64,000 nt of DNA, taken from positions 10,707 through 74,706 of IMG/VR virus record IMGVR_UViG_3300002055_000003; one strand, given 5' to 3'. The DNA is from a virus. Its lineage: Duplodnaviria; Caudoviricetes. Positions 27,481-37,215 of the stretch are shown piece by piece. A program made the position numbers and the translations under genes. Numbering within the stretch: the stretch's first letter is position 1; every line of letters begins with the position of its first letter. The notes under the pieces are model-generated. The model saw only the letters and a program-made list of their open reading frames with translations. It was not told the origin of the DNA and did no database searches.

Positions 27481-29115
27481 ATGGCAAATTTTGAAACATT
27501 TTTTAAGATCGTACAGCCGGAACCCGGTCAAGTAGAAATTGATTCAAATCAAGATTTTACTGCCGCCACTACATATGCAAATAGTTCGTGGTATCAAAAC
27601 CTTGTAAAAGGTTCACCCTCTAGGCAGATACAATATCAACAATACTCCGTTATGGATCAGGATGTCGAGGTGACTCGCGCATTGAATACTATTGCAGAGG
27701 AAATGACAGGTAATGACCCAAAAACAAATGAGCCGATTAACATTGAGTTATTAACAACCGATAAGTCAAAGTATGATAGTACAGAAGTAATCACTATTAA
27801 AGCAGCGTTGGCTCGATGGGGTGATATTCATAATTGGGAAGAGAAACTATTTAATGTTTGTCGAAATACCATTAAGTATGGTGATGTGTTTTTTCGCAAA
27901 GACCCAACTCGGTTTGATAAGAAATGGGAATATATAAATCCAAAAAACGTTGTTTCTGCTGTAGTAAATCCAAAAGATGCAACACACATCATTGGATGGC
28001 AAATTCGAACTGCAATTAAAGATGTACGAGCGTTAAATTCTGTACAAAAACCTGTTCATCAGAATGGATCAGAAAACGGAACTGTGTTAGTGCCTGCAAG
28101 TGAAATTGTTCAATTTACATTAAATGATGAAATGTCAGACTCTGCTCCTTTTGGAGAATCTGTTTTGGCATCTGTTTATAAAGCACATAAACAAAAAGAA
28201 TTACTAGAGGATGCGATTATTATCTATCGAGTTCAGCGTGCCCCAGAACGTCGAGTATTCTATATTGATACTGGAAAAATGCCACCGCAAAGAGCAAAGG
28301 CACATCTAGAGCAATATAAAAATGAAATTCGTCAGAAAAAAATTCCTTCCTTCGGTGGTGGTAAGCAAGTTGTTGATAGTGTTTATAACCCACAAAGTAT
28401 GAATGAAGATTTTTTCCTAGCTGTTCGTCCAGAAGGACGTGGTTCTAGAATTGAATCATTACCCGGTGGAGCATCGACTGGTGAAACAAACGACTTGGAA
28501 TATTTTCGTGATAAAGTTTGGGAGGGACTGAACGTTCCTGTTTCTTATATGATGGGTGCTGATAAAGGTGGACAGGCGTTTGGAGATGGTAAAACTGGCC
28601 TTGCGTATATCCAAGAACTTCGCTTCGCACAATTCGTAGGTCGTTTGCAAAGAAATATCGAAAACGTACTTGATTATGAATTTAAGAAGTTTTTGAAGAT
28701 AGCTAAAATCAATATTGATCCTTTGATGTATCGATTGCGATTACCATCACCATCAAACTTTGGTATATATCGACAACAAGAGCTTGATGGTAGTTTATTG
28801 AGTCAATATGGTGGCGCTGATGGTATTGAATATCTTTCCAAGCGTTTTGCTATGAAGCGTTATTTGAAATTGACCGACGAAGAGATTATAATGAACGAGC
28901 GAATGAAGCGTGAGGAATTGGGAATTGCACTTGATGACAATAGCCCTGCTGCGATTGGCAAGTTATATGGTGAAGCTACTGAAGAACCAGAAGCTGGTTT
29001 TGGTGGTGAAACTGTTGATACTACGTCTGGAACTGAAGATTTGCCTGATGAGGGTGGAGGTGAAGGTGAGGGTGCTACAGCTGACGGCGCTACAGAAGAA
29101 CCAGCTGAGACATAA
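27481..29115 (+). CDS. gp20: Portal protein
   Basis: LLEDAIIIYRVQRAPERRVFYIDTG, SMNEDFFL...GSRIESLPGG, ELRFAQFVGRLQ. Confidence 0.96.
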   Translation: MANFETFFKIVQPEPGQVEIDSNQDFTAATTYANSSWYQNLVKGSPSRQIQYQQYSVMDQDVEVTRALNTIAEEMTGNDPKTNEPINIELLTTDKSKYDSTEVITIKAALARWGDIHNWEEKLFNVCRNTIKYGDVFFRKDPTRFDKKWEYINPKNVVSAVVNPKDATHIIGWQIRTAIKDVRALNSVQKPVHQNGSENGTVLVPASEIVQFTLNDEMSDSAPFGESVLASVYKAHKQKELLEDAIIIYRVQRAPERRVFYIDTGKMPPQRAKAHLEQYKNEIRQKKIPSFGGGKQVVDSVYNPQSMNEDFFLAVRPEGRGSRIESLPGGASTGETNDLEYFRDKVWEGLNVPVSYMMGADKGGQAFGDGKTGLAYIQELRFAQFVGRLQRNIENVLDYEFKKFLKIAKINIDPLMYRLRLPSPSNFGIYRQQELDGSLLSQYGGADGIEYLSKRFAMKRYLKLTDEEIIMNERMKREELGIALDDNSPAAIGKLYGEATEEPEAGFGGETVDTTSGTEDLPDEGGGEGEGATADGATEEPAET

Positions 29116-29180
29116 AAAACGCACATTTTTATAAGCTATAAATAATATTATAAGTAATATATTATTTGGAGAAAGTACAC

Positions 29181-29384
29181 ATGTCAGAAGAACGTAAAGA
29201 GCGAATTAGGTCAATGATTGATTCAATTGTTGATGATAACCAAGAACAGGCCGAAGTTGATTTTCATGGTGCATCTACTGATATTGTAAAAGGCATTCTT
29301 GGTATCCCTACTGAACCTGAATATAGTGAAGTAGAAGAAGTAGAACCTGAAGAAGTAGAAGAAGTAGAACCTGAAGAAGACTAA
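29181..29384 (+). CDS. Small acidic prohead core protein, gp67-like position
   Basis: TATAAATA at 29137-29144, GGAGA SD, ATG 29181; C-terminal (EEVEEVEP)x2 repeat; lies between portal and protease. Confidence 0.6.
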   Translation: MSEERKERIRSMIDSIVDDNQEQAEVDFHGASTDIVKGILGIPTEPEYSEVEEVEPEEVEEVEPEED

Positions 29385-29416
29385 GTAAAATACCTCGTGG
29401 TTGTGGTGTAAGAAAA

Positions 29417-29440
29417 GGGGGGAGTCTAAGCTCCCCTTTT
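29417..29440 (+). terminator. Intrinsic terminator
   Basis: GGGGAG-TCTAAG-CTCCCC followed by TTTT. Confidence 0.7.
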
Positions 29441-29513
29441 CAGTTTCTGTATTATAATTTTAATTGCTGGTAGATAATATCTATAAATAAGTATTATCGA
29501 CAGGAGTTTTATA

Positions 29514-30137
29514 ATGAAAACTGAATTTTTAATTGAAGAATTGGCACCATCTACTGCAAATATGCTTTCTGAAACATCTAACGATGGTAAAGACCTTTGG
29601 TTAAACGGTGTTTTTATGCAAGCTGAGGTTGAAAATCGTAATAAGCGTGTATACCCCCGCAAAGAAATTGAGAATGCAGTAAACACATTACAACGCTCCA
29701 TTCTTGAAAACAACGGAGTTATGGGTGAACTAGACCATCCACCAACTATTTCATTGAATCTAGATCGCGTATCTCACATTATTACAGAAGTAAAGATGGA
29801 AGGAAATAATGCAATTGGTAAAGCTAAAATTTTAAACACTCCTATGGGCAATATTGCTCGTGAGATTATCAAATCAGGTTTTCGCGTAGGTGTATCCACA
29901 CGCGGGACTGGTAATGTTAATGAAGGAATTGTAGAAGGATATAACTGCGTAACTGTTGATATTGTTGCGACTCCATCTGCACAAGGCGCAACACCATCTT
30001 CTATATATGAATCACTTGATAATGTTTCTGGCCGCAAAGTTCAAACTTTAGCTGAAGCAGTTCGCCATGATCCAGCAGCGCAAAAATATTTCGTTGAAGA
30101 ATTTCGTAAGTGGATGGATAAGACACTAGCAAAATAA
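29514..30137 (+). CDS. gp21: Prohead protease
   Basis: GVFMQAEVENRNKRVYP, MGELDHP, LNTPMGNI, GVSTRGTG, DIVATPSA. Confidence 0.95.
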   Translation: MKTEFLIEELAPSTANMLSETSNDGKDLWLNGVFMQAEVENRNKRVYPRKEIENAVNTLQRSILENNGVMGELDHPPTISLNLDRVSHIITEVKMEGNNAIGKAKILNTPMGNIAREIIKSGFRVGVSTRGTGNVNEGIVEGYNCVTVDIVATPSAQGATPSSIYESLDNVSGRKVQTLAEAVRHDPAAQKYFVEEFRKWMDKTLAK

Positions 30138-30138
30138 A

Positions 30139-30492
30139 ATGAATGAATTTGATGATTCATTTCCTGAATCAGCATTAGACATACTTGCAACACAAATATT
30201 TGAAGAAGACTTAAATGTTCTTTGGGGTTTTAATAACAAACATCCAGAATACCATATGGAGTTGATATTCCGAACAAAGTTTCTCAATCACTATGCACCA
30301 CTAAAAGAACGTTTTTGGCATTTATACCATAAAACATCAATAAAACCTCAATGTGCATTAGAAGGTTGTATGTCGCAAGTTGAGTGGCACCCAATATATT
30401 CAAAGCATAACACTTATTGTTCAAAAAAGTGTTCAAAAACAGACTATTGGAAGAAAAAGAAAGAAAAAGATGCAGAAAGTTCAAATTCTTGA
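30139..30492 (+). CDS. Hypothetical protein with a C..C...YCSxxC zinc module (HEG-associated-type domain, no nuclease)
   Basis: FLNHYAPLKER...PQCALEGC...YCSKKC; paralog of 39763..40110. Confidence 0.6.
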   Translation: MNEFDDSFPESALDILATQIFEEDLNVLWGFNNKHPEYHMELIFRTKFLNHYAPLKERFWHLYHKTSIKPQCALEGCMSQVEWHPIYSKHNTYCSKKCSKTDYWKKKKEKDAESSNS

Positions 30493-30640
30493 TAACTCAT
30501 AAGTTATTGATTTTATAGGGTTTCCACTACTAAATTTAATTTTAATCCTATTTTTATACTATTAAAATAAATAATTATCGTAAAAAGACTTTTGTCTTTA
30601 AAAAACTAATATTAAAACTAATCTTTTGGAGATAAAAAAC

Positions 30641-31567
30641 ATGGATAAATTGCTACAACGATTGCTAGAAGCAGAAATTCTTACCCCTGAAACTACAGCG
30701 GAGTTTCAAGCTGCTTATGATCAACAACTTGCTGAAGCAACTGAAGAAAGTCGTAAAGAAGTTGAGGCTGATGTACGTGCTGAACTAACTGAAGCATTTG
30801 TTGCTGAAAAAGAGCGTCTAGTCGAAGCAGTTGATACCAAACTTACTGAAATGTTCACACGCGAAGTTGATGAACTAAAAGAAGATTTTGAACAGTTTCG
30901 TGATCTTGAAGCTGAATATGCTGAGAAGATTGTAGAAGCTAAAGCAGCAATGGCTGATGAACTTCAAGTTGATATGAGTCAGTTAGTTGACAAGATTGAT
31001 ACCTTTATGGAAATCAAACTTAATGAAGAAATTGAAGAACTACGTGAAGATATTGATCAAGCACGCAAGCAAGAATTCGGACGCCGAATCTTCGAAGCAG
31101 TTGCTGATGAGTACATGTCACAATTTCATAAAGACGACGACAGCGAAGCTACATATGCAGATATGGAAGCTCGTCTTGAGCAAACTCAAATTGCTCTCGA
31201 AGAGTCTGAAACTCGTCATGCAGAACTAGAGCGTATTATCAAGCTCGACGCAATTCTTGCCCCACTCGAAGGTAATCAACGGGCGGTAATGGAACAGGTA
31301 CTACAAAATGTAGCTACCAGTAAGCTGGAAGAAGGTTTTGAAACTTTTCTACCACGCATCATTCGTGAAACTAAAGAAACATCGGAGAAGGAAGATGAAA
31401 CGGTACTTTCCGAAAGCGCAGAAGTTAACGAAAGCACAGTCACTGAAGAAGTGGCAATTGTAACCGGTGACGGTAGTGATACTGCCATCGAGAACGACGT
31501 TGTTAATGAAGGATTGGAAGATCAAGAAGAACAACTGAAGCGTATGCTTCGTTTGGCTGGACTATAA
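30641..31567 (+). CDS. gp22: Prohead core scaffolding protein
   Basis: Acidic coiled coil, DTFMEIKL...FGRRIFEAV; directly upstream of the major capsid gene; GGAGA SD before ATG 30641. Confidence 0.85.
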   Translation: MDKLLQRLLEAEILTPETTAEFQAAYDQQLAEATEESRKEVEADVRAELTEAFVAEKERLVEAVDTKLTEMFTREVDELKEDFEQFRDLEAEYAEKIVEAKAAMADELQVDMSQLVDKIDTFMEIKLNEEIEELREDIDQARKQEFGRRIFEAVADEYMSQFHKDDDSEATYADMEARLEQTQIALEESETRHAELERIIKLDAILAPLEGNQRAVMEQVLQNVATSKLEEGFETFLPRIIRETKETSEKEDETVLSESAEVNESTVTEEVAIVTGDGSDTAIENDVVNEGLEDQEEQLKRMLRLAGL

Positions 31568-31629
31568 GAAACTGAATTAACGACATATTTAAACTTTTAC
31601 TTAACTTAAACTAAACTGGAGAAATTCTA

Positions 31630-33066
31630 ATGAGTAATGAACTATTTGAAAACTGGGATTCAACCAAAGGTGCGCTTTTGGATGGACTCTCTGGCGGTAA
31701 GCGAGATACCGTATCACAACTTCTAGAGAACCAAAAGAGTCACTTCCTAAAGGAAAGCGCTTCTGCTGGCTCAACTGAAGCTCACAACATTGCAAACCTA
31801 CGTAAGACACTTATCCCAATGATTCGTCGTGTTATTCCGGGTACAATTGCAACTGAACTTGTTGGTGTACAGGCTATGTCTGGACCTGCTGCTCAAGTTT
31901 TTACCCTACGTCACCAATATGAAGATGTTGCTGGACCGGGTGATGGTACTGAGTTTGGAGCTGCTTCTGCTGCTTTAACAGGCCCAGATCAAGAACTTTT
32001 TGGTAACGATTCACCACTTCGCCGATTTTATTCTGGTGCTGATGTTGATGCTCAAGCCGGTGAGTTTGGACTTGGAACAGCAGGCCAAGCTGGTACAGAT
32101 GGGTCTACTGGTGCTTCAACAAGTGGTACTGGTGCTGGATCATCTCTAGCTGCTGGTGCTGGAACTGAAGAAGTATATGCTGAATCACTTCTAGCTGGAC
32201 ATCTTGGACACGCTGGTAACTATCGTGGTGGTTCTGGTTCTTTCCTAGAAGGAACTGGTGGTCGTAAGGCTAGCCTACGTATTCTTTCACAGGTTGTAGA
32301 AGCTGAGACACGTAAGCTACAAGCTGGTTGGACACTGGAAGCTATGCAGGATATGAATAGCCAACACGGTCTAGATATCGAAGATGAAATGACACGCGCT
32401 CTAAGTGCTGACATCGTTCAAGAAATTGACCAAGAAATCATCGCTGATCTATTAGCTCTCGCTGGAACCACTGCTACTTTTGATGGTGCTGGTGCTGGTG
32501 TATATGGTGGCGGCGCTGCTGGTAATTACGCTCCTGCATTCGTAGGTGATCGTCTAGCTAACGTTGGACCTCTTATCAACTATGTTGCAAATGAGATCGC
32601 TCGTAAAACTCGACGTGGTGCTGGTAACTTCATCGTTGTTTCACCAATGCTAGTTTCTGTACTACAGTCTGCTGCAAAGTCGGTATTTGCTCCTGCTGTT
32701 GAGGGTTCTTTCAAAGGACCAAACAACACTATGCTAGTAGGTACTCTTGGTGGATCAATCAAGGTTTATAGTTATCTGTGGAATCAAGCAGGTGCTGGAC
32801 TTGATCTAGGTGTTCCTAATACACACGATGACACTATTCTTGTTGGTTATAAGGGTGGTGATAAGGAAACTGATGCAGGTTATTTCTACTGCCCATACAT
32901 TCCTCTAATGTCATCTGGTACTGTATATAATGCAGTAACACACCAGCCAGTAATGAGCGTAATGACTCGATATGCTAAGGCAGTATTCACTGCAACCGAA
33001 ACATCTCTTGGTAACTCGCGTGATTACTACGGTAAAATCAATGTTACAAACCTAGACTTCGCGTAA
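31630..33066 (+). CDS. gp23: Major capsid protein
   Basis: LIPMIRRVIP...LVGVQAMSGP, ETRKLQAGWTLEAMQDM...HGLDIE, AGYFYCPYIPL, MTRY. Confidence 0.97.
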   Translation: MSNELFENWDSTKGALLDGLSGGKRDTVSQLLENQKSHFLKESASAGSTEAHNIANLRKTLIPMIRRVIPGTIATELVGVQAMSGPAAQVFTLRHQYEDVAGPGDGTEFGAASAALTGPDQELFGNDSPLRRFYSGADVDAQAGEFGLGTAGQAGTDGSTGASTSGTGAGSSLAAGAGTEEVYAESLLAGHLGHAGNYRGGSGSFLEGTGGRKASLRILSQVVEAETRKLQAGWTLEAMQDMNSQHGLDIEDEMTRALSADIVQEIDQEIIADLLALAGTTATFDGAGAGVYGGGAAGNYAPAFVGDRLANVGPLINYVANEIARKTRRGAGNFIVVSPMLVSVLQSAAKSVFAPAVEGSFKGPNNTMLVGTLGGSIKVYSYLWNQAGAGLDLGVPNTHDDTILVGYKGGDKETDAGYFYCPYIPLMSSGTVYNAVTHQPVMSVMTRYAKAVFTATETSLGNSRDYYGKINVTNLDFA

Positions 33067-33100
33067 GCAAAAGTTTAGTAGTAACTTGTAAAAAAGATCA

Positions 33101-33122
33101 AGGCTCCTTCGGGAGCCTTTTT
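33101..33122 (+). terminator. Intrinsic terminator after the capsid gene
   Basis: AGGCTCC-TTCG-GGAGCCT followed by TTTT (cUUCGg loop). Confidence 0.9.
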
Positions 33123-33181
33123 CGTTTATACGTTTATATAATCAGGATAAATATTTGGAACGTTACCAAGAGACTCAGTAC

Positions 33182-33505
33182 ATGTCTGGAAAATTATCAT
33201 TCAAGGAATATCTACAATCAAAAGAAACTCTTCGCAAGGCTGTGAAAGAAGTTCCTAAGACCCAGATAGAATATGAAGTTAAAAAGTATTGCACTTTCCC
33301 CATTGGTGAATCTTCAGATAAGCAAAAAATTAAACTAAAGCCATCTAATAGATTGTTTATTAGCTGGTTATGTGAAGACAAAAATAATCCTAAAGCAGTG
33401 AAGGTTGAATTTGAAGGAACTGATGCCGACGAAACAACTGAAAAGCCTACGTGGAATGATGCAAAGTTATTGAAATGGCTATTAAACAACACTGAACAAA
33501 GTTAA
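33182..33505 (+). CDS. Hypothetical protein
   Basis: TAAATA at 33148-33153; ATG 33182 preferred over TTG 33155; LSFKEYL start motif. Confidence 0.65.
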   Translation: MSGKLSFKEYLQSKETLRKAVKEVPKTQIEYEVKKYCTFPIGESSDKQKIKLKPSNRLFISWLCEDKNNPKAVKVEFEGTDADETTEKPTWNDAKLLKWLLNNTEQS

Positions 33506-33546
33506 ATATTCTCTAAATACCTGTATTACGTGGAAGAGAAAATAAT

Positions 33547-36500
33547 ATGTCGGCATTCAGCGGAGCATCAGATTTATCTGGTACAATTAAAATTGAAGGA
33601 GCAAAAATTCTATTAGAGTTTTTGCCTACAGTACCACAAGTAAATCAAGGAACAATTAAATGGAATATTCCATCGCCTGCTGACGGTTGCGCTTCGCAAT
33701 CTTCATTACTCAGTGCTTATTGTGGTATTATTATTGTTGCGTCTAGAACACCACTTAATGCAACTAATATTCCTACTAACGGTGTTCGATATACATCTGA
33801 TCCATCACTTGACCCAGACCTACATGCTGGTGATGTAATCGGTGATGCACTAGTTATTGGTGCGTTTTATGAAGGTGATAAAAAGGCCAATGGTGAAGAC
33901 ATGACAACCGAATTAGTTGTCAATGATCTTGATTCTGAAACCACTTATTACATTGGATCATATGCAGTTAGTTGTACACTAGAATACCATCAAGACGGTA
34001 TCCGAGCATATTCAGATTCCTATGGTGATGTCAAAGCTCCTAATACACCAAGCGTATCCGCTGTGGTAATGAATGATGGCGAGGGCGTTCAATTAACAGA
34101 TGGTACTAATTTAGAAGCTGGTAGACAATATGGTTTTGAATTTGATTTAAATACTGATTTCCCCAATGATTCAAATGAAGATAATCGAATAACAGTATCA
34201 TTTGATGGTGCCGATGCTCCAACTTATGATGATCTTATTAATGTTGTAAATGCGCAATTAGCTGAAATTGACAATCCACCTCGAAGTGCTGAGCCACCAA
34301 ATTCAGGTTCTCAGTTATGGAATCCAACAACCAAAGAACTACAGACGTTTGATGGGACTCAATATAATTCAGTTGATGATGTTATCGTGGATACTGATGA
34401 TCCTTCTATTACACCCACTGGATCATATTGGTTTGATGAAGAGAATCAACAGTTAAAACAACGTAATTCTAATGTATTGCCAGTAACACCATTATGGGAT
34501 GATATAACAACAATTGTATATGATTCCGATCCATCAAATCCAGAATGTAATGTTATTTGGTTTTCTGGAACTACTGCATATGAATGGAGTGGTACGGCTT
34601 GGTGCGAATTACAAACCTTCGTACAAGATACTGATCCATCATTAACAAAGATTGGCAAGTGTGGTCAATTCTGGTATAAAGAATCTACTAGTACATTAAA
34701 CAAATATAATGTTGAAACTTCAGAATGGGAAGAAAAGCTTGCTATCTTTTGGTCTGACGCCCCAGATGCCCTCACATCTGGGACGTTTTGGTTTTCTTCT
34801 ACCGAACAAGTTCTTCGCAAACGAATACAATTCGGAAATGTTTCTGATTGGAACATCGAACTTAATTTTGTTATTGGTGAAGTTGAGCCAGTAAAGACAC
34901 CAGATTTAATTTGGTATCGCGAGTCCACCGATGAATTTTTTCAATTGGTTGGTAATGATTTTGTATCTATTGACGTGTTGGTATGGCATGAAGACCCTTC
35001 CTCTGTTACATCATGTGAATTGTGGTGGGATGCCGATTCAGATGATTTATTCGAATGGGATGTTGTAAATTTATCATGGAAAGTGGTTGCGGAGTTAATT
35101 GAATCTGAAACCGATCCATTAAACCCGGAAGAAATCGAAGAAAAATCATATTGGCATGATCTATCAACTAATGAAATTAAGGAATGGAATGGTAGTTTTT
35201 ATGAGGTTTCAGATAACTACATTGATTTTCCTACCGATCCTACTGCTATTTCAACTGGTGACGATGCCGCTTGGGTTAATTCATCAACAGGTGAAATACA
35301 AATACCATCAACAGTTGCTGGTCAAGTATGGGAGCAAGCAACACCTGTTATTATAAGTGAATTTGATCCAGAAGATATTCCAGTTGGTAAAGCATGGTTT
35401 GATGAAACGAATAACTCACTCAAACTGTGGAATGGTATTTCTTGGATAACAGTTCCATATACAACACAGCCCGTTAAAAACAAAGTTGATGAATTATGGT
35501 TTGATACAAATACTAATGAATTGAAGAAATGGGATGGTAAAGCATGGGTGCCTGCAACACCAAAGGTAACAGCATCATTAGATGCGAGAGGGAACCTACG
35601 ATTTACAACCCGAGAAACTGGTAGTTGTGTGAGCCTACTTATGTTGATTCCGGGTTATACATTTCAGGATGAACGACAGCAACCATCTCCAGTTACCTAT
35701 GGTGGTGGTCCTGCCCATAATTCTGGATATAAAAATGTGTATACTGATAATCCGTTTGAAACACCATTGTTCATAGATTCAAATCTTCGAGAAGATCAGT
35801 TTCTTTTTAACTCACTTCCCGGCGAAGTTCAAGCCGTGGTTAATGGCACAGATACGGTTGAGTCTGTTCCTTCTTATGCTCAACTTGGTGTTGGAACCGA
35901 TGGTACACCAGACGAACGTAGAGAATTAGCACATGCTATAAAAATTCAATTGGGATTTCCTACTGTTGATGTTGAACTAACAGATGAGCAATTAGATCGG
36001 TGTATGAATCGAGCATTTGATTCACTGCGCAAGCGCAGTGATATTGCCTATCGCCGTAATTTTTTCTTACTGGATTTACGTCCCGGTGTACAGAATTATA
36101 CATTAACTAACAAGAAAATTGGTTTCAATCGAATCGTCAATATCATGGGCGCTTTTAGACGCTCTGGCGCTTTCTCTGGTGGATACAGTACTAACTCAGT
36201 GTTTGATCAATTGTTCGCTCAACAACTCTATGGAAGCACTACAGCAGGTGGTTTTGATATGACTTCGTTGCACTTATCTCAACAATACCTTGAATTGATT
36301 GAATTGATGTTCGCGACTAAACTAAATTTTCACTTCAATGAATCAAATAGAACTTTGTATTTTCATCAAGATTTTCACAAACATGAGCGAGTGTTACTTG
36401 ATACTACAACTGAGCGAACAGAACAGGAGATGTTTAAAGATCGTTGGGTTAAATCTTGGATAGAAAGATATTCTCTCGCACACGCAAGATTGATATTGGC

Positions 36501-36675
36501 TGAGGTGCGCGGTAAGTACCAATCCCTGCCCGGTGCTGGAGGTGGAACCAGTTTAAACGCTTCAGATTTACTGTCTACATCTGCTGCCGACTTTCAAGAG
36601 TGTTATCAACAACTGGAAGATTATGTTGCATCGAATTCTGAAGATTTTGGTGCTTTTGACTTTGTAATAGGATAA
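33547..36675 (+). CDS. gp13: Neck/head-tail adaptor gp13 fused to a ~770-aa N-terminal region rich in W-x-D...W-x-G-x-x-W repeats
   Basis: C-terminal IKIQLGFPTVDVELTDEQLD...WIERYSLAHARLILAEVRGKYQSLPGAGGGTSLN is gp13-like. Confidence 0.85.
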   Translation: MSAFSGASDLSGTIKIEGAKILLEFLPTVPQVNQGTIKWNIPSPADGCASQSSLLSAYCGIIIVASRTPLNATNIPTNGVRYTSDPSLDPDLHAGDVIGDALVIGAFYEGDKKANGEDMTTELVVNDLDSETTYYIGSYAVSCTLEYHQDGIRAYSDSYGDVKAPNTPSVSAVVMNDGEGVQLTDGTNLEAGRQYGFEFDLNTDFPNDSNEDNRITVSFDGADAPTYDDLINVVNAQLAEIDNPPRSAEPPNSGSQLWNPTTKELQTFDGTQYNSVDDVIVDTDDPSITPTGSYWFDEENQQLKQRNSNVLPVTPLWDDITTIVYDSDPSNPECNVIWFSGTTAYEWSGTAWCELQTFVQDTDPSLTKIGKCGQFWYKESTSTLNKYNVETSEWEEKLAIFWSDAPDALTSGTFWFSSTEQVLRKRIQFGNVSDWNIELNFVIGEVEPVKTPDLIWYRESTDEFFQLVGNDFVSIDVLVWHEDPSSVTSCELWWDADSDDLFEWDVVNLSWKVVAELIESETDPLNPEEIEEKSYWHDLSTNEIKEWNGSFYEVSDNYIDFPTDPTAISTGDDAAWVNSSTGEIQIPSTVAGQVWEQATPVIISEFDPEDIPVGKAWFDETNNSLKLWNGISWITVPYTTQPVKNKVDELWFDTNTNELKKWDGKAWVPATPKVTASLDARGNLRFTTRETGSCVSLLMLIPGYTFQDERQQPSPVTYGGGPAHNSGYKNVYTDNPFETPLFIDSNLREDQFLFNSLPGEVQAVVNGTDTVESVPSYAQLGVGTDGTPDERRELAHAIKIQLGFPTVDVELTDEQLDRCMNRAFDSLRKRSDIAYRRNFFLLDLRPGVQNYTLTNKKIGFNRIVNIMGAFRRSGAFSGGYSTNSVFDQLFAQQLYGSTTAGGFDMTSLHLSQQYLELIELMFATKLNFHFNESNRTLYFHQDFHKHERVLLDTTTERTEQEMFKDRWVKSWIERYSLAHARLILAEVRGKYQSLPGAGGGTSLNASDLLSTSAADFQECYQQLEDYVASNSEDFGAFDFVIG

Positions 36676-36677
36676 TA

Positions 36678-37211
36678 ATGAAACTATACGATATATTACA
36701 TGAAGGTTTTAGTCCATCTCTCCCAGAGGGTGTTAAGTTGCGGATGAGTGAGACAGAATCTATGATTAATCTTAGTCTGATTACAATACCTGATGAATTG
36801 CGAGGACAGGGAATTTTTACAAAAGTAATAAACGAATTAATCAGTTATGCAGATAACTCATCAAAAGTTATCGCGCTTACTGCGTCCTCAGACTTTGGTA
36901 GTAGTAAAGCAAGACTTGAGAAATTTTATAAATCAAAAGGGTTTGTAAAAAATTCAGGAAAGAATAAAGATTATGAAATAAGTGAAGGTATGTATAGACT
37001 ACCAAAATCTGTCAATGAAGGAATTGATTATGCTCAAGGAAAGAAAGGGCCAGAAATTAAACTTCCTATATATACTAAAACAAAATTTGACTATGGTTCT
37101 CGATCCAACAAAGTTACACATGGTGATATTATTGTGAAAGCATCGGATACAGGCAATATATATGGTCGAAGGCGAACTGCCCAACGAACATTAAAAAAAC
37201 GGTCTAAATAA
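36678..37211 (+). CDS. GNAT-family acetyltransferase-domain protein
   Basis: INLSLITIPDELRGQGIF (acetyl-CoA loop), IALTAS, LEKFYKSKGF. Confidence 0.75.
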   Translation: MKLYDILHEGFSPSLPEGVKLRMSETESMINLSLITIPDELRGQGIFTKVINELISYADNSSKVIALTASSDFGSSKARLEKFYKSKGFVKNSGKNKDYEISEGMYRLPKSVNEGIDYAQGKKGPEIKLPIYTKTKFDYGSRSNKVTHGDIIVKASDTGNIYGRRRTAQRTLKKRSK

Positions 37212-37215
37212 TACC

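Noticed and set aside
29325-29381. 27-bp tandem repeat GAAGAAGTAGAAGAAGTAGAACCT-like
   Set aside because: Simply encodes the acidic EEVEEVEP tail of the small core protein.
29426-29713. Short antisense ORFs across the head, sheath and fibre genes (also 14950, 28860, 41417, 48713, 57021 and others)
   Set aside because: Expected shadow frames of strongly biased coding sequence; no independent signals.
30493-30515. ATAACTCATAAGTTATTGATTTT hairpin as a recombination or att site
   Set aside because: Single occurrence, no integrase nearby; could be chance in AT-rich DNA.
32040-32260. Gly/Ala/Ser/Thr-rich stretch in the major capsid protein as an insertion element
   Set aside because: In frame, with no intein or intron motifs; matches the variable insertion-domain linker region of gp23-type proteins.
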